NCBI RefSeq assembly: GCF_963921805.1
Contig: NC_087541.1
Span: 672,482 to 697,839 of the forward strand
Length of the DNA stretch: 25,358 nt
Source of the DNA: Phalacrocorax carbo
Lineage: Eukaryota
Direction of reading: 5' to 3'
Shown here: positions 19,110 through 25,358 of the stretch, one piece after another
Numbering within the stretch: position 1 is the stretch's first letter
Layout of the letters: the number at the start of each line of letters is the position of its first letter
Notes under the pieces: generated by a model
Told to the model about the DNA's origin: nothing
The model's input: the letters and a program-made list of their open reading frames with translations, nothing else
The model's database searches: none
Made by a program: the position numbers and the translations under genes

Positions 19110-21010
19110 GACCCACGGCGCGACCCACGGCTGCCCCGCGGCGCGGCCCGGGGCTCGCTCTGCCCCATGGTGCGACTCACGGCATGACCCACGGCGCGGC
19201 CCGGGGCTCGCGCTGTCCCTCCTCTGCCCCACGGCGCGGCCCGGGGCTCGCGCTGTCCCTCCTCTGCCCCACAGTGTGACCCACGGCGCGGCCCGGGGCT
19301 CGCGCTGTCCCTCCTCTGCCCCACGGTGTGACCCACGGCGCGGCCCGGGGCTCGCGCTGTCCCTCCTCTGCCCCACGGTGTGACCCACGGCGCGGCCCGG
19401 GGCTCGCGCTGTCCCTCCTCTGCCCCACGGTGTGACCCACGGCGCGGCCCGGGGCTCGCGCTGTCCCTCCTCTGCCCCACGGTGTGACCCACGGCGCGGC
19501 CCGGGGCTCGCGCTGTCCCTCCTCTGCCCCACGGCGCGGCCCGGGGCTCGCGCTGTCCCTCCTCTGCCCCACGGCTGCCCCACGTCGTGACCCACAGCAC
19601 GGCCCAGGGCTTGCTCTGCGCCACAGCGCGACCCACAGCTGCCCCACAGCACAGCCCAGGGCTTGCACTGTCCCTCCTCTGCCCCACGGCGCGACCCCCG
19701 GCTGCCCCACAGCACAGCCCAAGGCTTGCACTGTCCCTCCTCTGCCCCACGGCACAACCCGGGGCTCGCTCTGCCCCATGGCTGCCCCATGGCGCGACCC
19801 ACGGCCGCCCCGTGGCGCAGCCCGGGGCTCACACTGTCCTTCCTCTGCCCCACGGCTGCCCCATGGCGTGACCTGGGGCTCGCGCTGTCCCTTCTCTGCC
19901 CCACGGCGTGACCCACAGCGCAGCCCGGGGCTCGCTTTGCCCCACGGCACGACCCACGGCGCAGCCTGGGGCTCACACCGTGATTCTGACCCACGGCTGC
20001 CCCACGGCGTGACCCACAGCTTGCGCTGTCCTTTCTCTGCCTCGCGCCTGCCCCACAGCACAACCCACGGCTGCCCCACAGCGCGACCCAGGGCTCACAC
20101 TGTCCCTCTTCTGCCCCATGGCTGCCCCACGGCACACCCTGGGCCTCGTGCTGTCCCTTCTGTGCCCCACGGCTGCCCCATAGCGTGCCCCGGCCTCTGC
20201 CCGCCCCACATCTGCCCCACATTCGCCTGTCCCTCCGCGTGTGTGTTCCCGGCGCCCCACGGATCCCCTCCCCCACCCCACTGATCCCCCTTTCTCTGCC
20301 CCACCGGCCCCTCCCCCGCCCCACTGATCCCCCTCCCCCACCCCACCGGCCCCTCCCCCCACTGGCCCCCCTTTTCCCACCCCCTCCCCTTGACCCCTCT
20401 GCTGCTGCTCCCCTCCCCCACCCTGTTGACCCCTCCCCCGATTCCTCCCCTCCCCCACTGACCCCCCTTCCCCCACTGACCCCTCCCCCACCCCGACCCC
20501 TCCCCCACTGACCCCTTCCCCCCACCGACCCCTCCCCGACCCCTCCCCCACTGACCCCCCTTCCCCCCACCAACCCCTCCCCCACCCCCGACCCCTCCCC
20601 TCCCCCACTGACCCACCTACCCCACCGACCCCTCCCCCACCCTGTTGACCCCTCCCCCGACTCCTCCCCTCCCCCACTGACCCCCTTCCCCCACCGACCC
20701 CACCCCGACCCCTCCCCCATTGACCCCCTTTTCCCCCCCCACCCTTCCCTCCCTCCTCCCCTGCCCCACCCCTCCCCCACCCCGCTGCCCCTCCCCTTTT
20801 TTCCCCGCCCCCTCCCCCCACCGGCCCCTCCCCCACCACTGACCCCTCCCCCACCCACCCCCCCCCCGCCCCATTGACCTCCCTTTTCCTCCCCCCACCC
20901 CCCCTTCCCCACCCTTTCCCCCCGGCCCCCCCACCCTTTCCCCCCGGCCCCTCCCCCACCCCCGCCCCTCCCCCACCCCGCCCCTCCCCCCGCCCCTCCC
21001 CCCGCCCCTC
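19110..21010. repeat. TAOK2 intron 5: about 60-bp repeat (TGACCCACGGCGCGGCCCGGGGCTCGCGCTGTCCCTCCTCTGCCCCACGGTG, about 14 copies, 19110-20200), then a C-rich CCCCTCCCCCACC array (20200-21010)
   Basis: visible periodicity. Confidence 0.8.
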
Positions 21011-21026
21011 CCCCGCCCCCCTTTAG

Positions 21027-21140
21027 GGACGTCAAAGCCGGCAACATCCTGCTGACGGCGCCGGGCGAGGTGAAACTGGGCGATTTCGGGTCGGCCTCCG
21101 TCGTGGCGCCGGCCAATTCCTTCGTGGGGACGCCCTATTG
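21027..21140 (+). CDS. TAOK2: TAOK2 exon 6: (R)[37 protein letters not shown](W), catalytic loop, DFG, activation segment
   Basis: acceptor TTTAG ending at 21026; donor TG|GTGAGG at 21141; RDVKAGN and KLGDFG are TAOK2-type (TAOK1/3 have DIKAGN and KLADFG). Confidence 0.9.
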
Positions 21141-21202
21141 GTGAGGGAGGCGCCCCTCCCCCTTCCCCTCCGCCCCCACACTTGTGGGGCTCAGCCCCAT
21201 AG

Positions 21203-21515
<313 letters not shown>

Positions 21516-21524
21516 GTGCGCAGA

Positions 21525-23340
21525 GACCCCCCCCCCCAAATCCCCCCCGCCCCCCCACCCCGCCCCCCAACCCCCCGCCCCCCCCCCGCGCCCCCAAACC
21601 CCCCCCCCGCCCCCCAAAACCTCCCCAAACCCGCCCCCTGGGGCCCCAAACTGCCTCAGAATGGCCCCAAAACCCCCCCCAAACCACCCTCCAGACCCCC
21701 AAACCCCCCCCCCAAACCCCCCCCGCGCCCCCCCAAACCCCCCCGGGCCCCCCAAACCCCCCCGGCCCCCCCCAAACCCCCCCCGCGCCCCCAAAACCTC
21801 CCGAACCCACCCTCGAATGCCCCAAACTGCCTCCGAATGGCACCAAACTGCCTCAAAATCCCTCCCCAAAACCCCCCCAGACCCCCCCCAAATCGCACCC
21901 TGAAACCCCCCCGGCCCCCCCAAACCTCCCTGAGCCCCCCCCCAGCCCCCCCCGGCCCCCCCAAACCTCCCCAAAACCCCCCCCCAGAATCCCCCAAACT
22001 CCCTCAAAATTCCCCCAAAGTCCCTCCCAACCCCTCCCCCACCCCCCAGACCCCTCCCCCACCCCACAGGCCCCTCCAGACCCCTCCCCACCCCCCAGAC
22101 CCCTCCCCCACCCCACAGGCCCCTCCCAGACCCCTCCCCCACCCCCCAGACCCCTCCCCACCCCCCAAACCTCTCCCAGACCCCTCCCCCACTCCCCAGA
22201 CCCCTCCCCCACCCCCCAAACCCCTCCCGGACCCCGCCCCCACCCCCCGGCTGCCCCTCTCAGACCCCTCCCCCACCTCCCAGACCCCTCCCCCACCCCC
22301 CAAACCTCTCCCGGACCCCTCCCCCACCCCCCGGGCCCCTCCCGGACCCCTCCCCCACCCCCAGACCCCTCCCGGACCCCTCCCCCACCCCCCAAACCCC
22401 TCCCAGACCCCTCCCCCACCCCCCGGCCGCCCCTCTCAGACCCCTCCCCCACCTCCCAGACCCCTCCCCCACCCCCCAAACCCCTCCCGGGCCCCTCCCC
22501 CACCCCCCAGACCCCTCCCCCACCCCCCGGGCCCCTCCCCCACCCCCCAGACCCCTCCCGGACCCCTCCCCCACCCCCGAAACCCCTCCCGGACCCCTCC
22601 CCCACCCCCAGACCCCTCCCAGACCCCTCCCCCACCCCCAGACCCCTCCCCCACCCCCCAGACCCCTCCCCCACCCCCAGACCCCTCCCGGACCCCTCCC
22701 CCACCCCCAGACCCCTCCCAGACCCCTCCCCAGACCCCTCCCGGACCCCTCCCCCGCCCCCCAGACCCCTCCCCCACCCCCCAGACCCCTCCCGGACCCC
22801 TCCCCCACCCCCCAGACCCCTCCCGGACCCCTCCCCCACCCCCCAGACCCCCTCCCCCACCCCCCAGACCCCTCCCGGACCCCTCCCCCACCCCCCGGGC
22901 CCCTCCCCCACCCCCCAGACCCCTCCCCCAGACCCCTCCCAGACCCCTCCCCCACCCCCCAGACCCCTCCCCCACCCCCCAGACCCCTCCCGGACCCCTC
23001 CCCCACCCCCCGGGCCCCTCCCCCAGACCCCTCCCCCACCCCCCAAACCCCTCCCGGACCCCTCCCCCACCCCCCGGGCCCCTCCCCCACCTCCCAGACC
23101 CCTCCCCCAGACCCCTCCCAGACCCCTCCCCCACCCCACAGGCCCCTCCCAGACCCCTCCCCCACCCCCCAGACCCCTCCCCCACCCCCCGGGCCCCTCC
23201 CCCACCTCCCAGACCCCTCCCCCAGACCCCTCCCAGACCCCTCCCCCACCCCACAGGCCCCTCCCAGACCCCTCCCCCACCCCCCAGACCCCTCCCCCAC
23301 CCCCCGGGCCCCTCCCCCACCCCCCGGCCGCCCCTCCCCC
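21525..23340. repeat. C-rich 20-33-bp minisatellite (CCCCTCCCCCACCCCCCAGACCCCTCCCGGAC), about 70 copies, filling TAOK2 intron 8
   Basis: visible periodicity. Confidence 0.85.
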
Positions 23341-23345
23341 CGCAG

Positions 23346-23427
23346 GTCGGAGCTCTTCCGCCAGTTCGTGGCCTCCTGCCTGCAGAAGCCGCCCCCCCAG
23401 CGCCCCCCCTCCCGCCTCCTCCTGCAG
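23346..23427 (+). CDS. TAOK2: TAOK2 exon 9: (W)SELFRQFVASCLQKPPPQRPPSRLLLQ
   Basis: acceptor CCGCAG ending at 23345; donor CAG|GTAACG at 23428; matches [27 protein letters not shown]. Confidence 0.88.
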
Positions 23428-23526
23428 GTAACGCCCCTCCCCCACCCGCCCCCGCCCCCCGCCGGGGCCCCTCCCCCGCGCCCCCTCCCCCAACGCCGCC
23501 CCCCTGCCCCTGCCCCTCCCCCACAG

Positions 23527-23706
23527 CACCCCTTCCTGCTCCGCCCGCGCCCCCCCGGCGTCGTCGCCCGCCTCCTGCGCCGCGCCCGCGCCGCCGCCCC
23601 TCCCCCACGCCGCCGCGGGCTGGGGGGGCTGCTCCGCGGGCCCGATCCTGGCGGCGGCGACGATGACGACGACGACGAGGAGGATGATGACGACGACGAG
23701 GAGGAG
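23527..23706 (+). CDS. TAOK2: TAOK2 exon 10: HPFLLRPRPPGVVARLLRRARAAAPPPRRRGLGGLLRGPDPGGGDDDDDDEEDDDDDEEE (post-kinase segment plus acidic tract)
   Basis: acceptor CCACAG ending at 23526; donor GAG|GTGACG at 23707; aligns positionally with [21 protein letters not shown]...EAPEEEEE, but the central part is strongly diverged. Confidence 0.7.
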
Positions 23707-23759
23707 GTGACGAAGGCTCCTGCCCTGCGGGGGGGTTTGGGGGGGGGGCGTTTAGGGTA

Positions 23760-24610
23760 CCGTGGGGCGGCTCCCAGGGGTCTCGGGGGTGTCCCTGGGG
23801 GTCCCTGTCACCTCCCTGGGGGTCCCTGGGGGTCCCTGTCCCCTCCTGGGGGTCCCTGGGGGTCCCTGTCACCTCCCTGGGGGTCCCTGGGGGTCCCTGG
23901 GGGTCCCTGTCCCCTCCCTGGGGGTCCCTGGGGGTCCCTGTCCCCTCCCGGGGGGTCCCTGGGGTCCCTGTCACCTCCCTGGGGGTCCCTGGGGGTCCCT
24001 GTCCCCTCCCTGGGGGGTCCCTGGGGGTCCCTGTCACCTCTCTGGGGGTCCCTGGGGGTCCCTGTCCCCTCCCACGGGGTCCCTGGGGGTCCCTGTCACC
24101 TCCCTGGGGGTCCCTGGGGGTCCCTGGGGGTCCCTGTCCCCTCCCTGGGGGGTCCCTGGGGGTCCCTGTCCCCTCCCTGGGGGTCCCTGGGGGTCCCTGT
24201 CACCTCCCGGGGGGTCCCTGGGGGTCCCTGTCACCTCCCTGGGGGTCCCTGGGGGTCCCTGGGGGTCCCTGTCCCCTCCCTGGGGGGTCCCTGGGGGTCC
24301 CTGTCCCCTCCCGGGGGGTCCCTGGGGGTCCCTGTCCCCTCCCACGGGGTCCCTGGGGGTCCCTGTCCCCTCCCTGGGGGGTCCCTGGGGGTCCCTGGGG
24401 GTCCCTGTCCCCTCCCTGGGGGGTCCCTGGGGGTCCCTGGGGGTCCCTGTCCCCTCCCTGGGGGGTCCCTGGGGGTCCCTGGGGGTCCCTGTCCCCTCCC
24501 TGGGGGTCCCTGTCCCCTCCCTGGGGGTCCCTGGGGGTCCCTGTCACCTCCCGGGGGGTCCCTGGGGGTCCCTGTCCCCTCCCTGGGGGGTCCCTGGGGG
24601 TCCCTGTCAC
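23760..24610. repeat. about 30-bp G-rich repeat (GGGGGTCCCTGGGGGTCCCTGTCCCCTCCCTG), about 28 copies, in TAOK2 intron 10
   Basis: visible periodicity. Confidence 0.85.
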
Positions 24611-24679
24611 CCCCTGGAGCTCTGGGGGATCCCCGTGTCCCCCCCCGTGACCCCCCTGACCCCCCCCCCCCACTGGCAG

Positions 24680-24871
24680 GAGGCGGAGCCGTCGGGCAGC
24701 ACCGAGCGCAGCCATTGGCCGCCCAGCGCGTCCGTCAGCGCCTCCAGCAGCGGCACCAGCCTGGGCGACGCCTCCGAGGAGGAGGAGGAGGGGCGGGGGG
24801 AGGGGGAGGAAGGCCCCGAGACCCCCCCGCTGCAGGACGGGGAGACCCTGGGCGCCCCCCACGGCCCCGAC
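24680..24871 (+). CDS. TAOK2: TAOK2 exon 11: EAEPSGSTERSHWPPSASVSASSSGTSLGDASEEEEEGRGEGEEGPETPPLQDGETLGAPHGPD (Ser-rich/acidic linker)
   Basis: acceptor GGCAG ending at 24679; donor GAC|GTGAGC at 24872; aligns with human AEPYMHRAG..SMSISASSQSSSVNSLADASDNEEEE..EGPEAREM. Confidence 0.8.
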
Positions 24872-25161
24872 GTGAGCTGGGGGGGGAGGGGAGGGGGGAG
24901 GGGCACCCTGGGGGGGGGAGGGGCGGGTTGGGGGGGGCGGGGCACCCCGGGGGGGGATGGGGGGGGAGGGGCACTGGGAGGGGTTGGGGGGACATGGGGG
25001 GGGGGGGGAGGGGGTGGCACCGCAAGGGGGGGTGGGGGGATGCGGGGGGGGGGATGGGGGGCTCGGCGCCGGCCTATCAGCATCGGGGATGTTGGTGGCG
25101 CAGCTCCGCCCCCCGCGGGGCGGGGCCTGACCCACACACCCCCCATTTCTTCCCCCCGCAG

Positions 25162-25290
25162 CCCCCCGACGGCCTCGGCGCCCCCCCGGCCCCGCCCCCG
25201 CCCCTCCCCCCGCTGGAGGAGGGCCTGAGGGCGGAGCTCGCCCAGCTCCGCCCCTGCCCCGCCCCCGAGAGCCCGCCCCAGGCCGACGAG
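25162..25290 (+). CDS. TAOK2: tentative TAOK2 exon 12: PPDGLGAPPAPPPPLPPLEEGLRAELAQLRPCPAPESPPQADE
   Basis: good acceptor (CCCCCCGCAG ending at 25161) and donor (GAG|GTGGGA at 25291); open frame in phase with exon 11; only weak Pro-rich similarity to the TAOK2 linker. Confidence 0.45.
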
Positions 25291-25358
25291 GTGGGAGGGG
25301 CTTCGGAGGGTGTGGCTGGGTGGGAGGGGCTTGCGTGGGTGTGGTCGGGGAGCCACGC

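Overview
This window is vertebrate nuclear DNA, about 75-80% GC and saturated with tandem minisatellites, not a prokaryotic locus. There is no operon, CRISPR array or defence system. Composition and repeat load point by inference to a sauropsid or bird-type GC-rich microchromosomal region. I recognise three protein-coding genes by translating across GT-AG introns. (1) On the + strand, the 3' portion of an HIRIP3-like gene: a K/E/S-rich repeat exon ending at 2201, then exons at 4850-5016, 6740-6839 and 6976-7113, with an ATTAAA polyadenylation signal at 7149. (2) On the - strand, a complete three-exon PAGR1 (PA1/C16orf53) orthologue at 9669-9309, 7637-7555 and 7445-7261. (3) On the + strand, the 5' part of TAOK2: start codon at 15639 and 12 small exons up to 25290 covering the whole kinase domain and the acidic/Ser-rich linker, running off the window end. 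All three are human 16p11.2 genes, but the order and orientation differ from human. Nearly every large intron is filled by its own minisatellite family of 12-, 20-, 30-, 50- or 60-bp units. Short repeat-free introns of 89-110 bp alternate with repeat-filled introns of 1.5-2.7 kb. A CpG-island regulatory block at 10900-13260 sits between PAGR1 and TAOK2. It carries six perfect NRF1 palindromes (GCGCATGCGC), YY1 consensus sites, a CRE triplet, about eight CCAAT boxes and about fifteen Sp1 GC boxes. Five of the six reading-frame or splice-phase inconsistencies in HIRIP3 and PAGR1 coincide with G/C homopolymer runs, which suggests assembly indel errors; the PAGR1 exon1/exon2 mismatch does not. One further anomaly is a tandemly duplicated HIRIP3 exon-end plus splice donor. 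The many long ORFs in the six-frame track inside repeats are translation artefacts of low-complexity GC-rich DNA.
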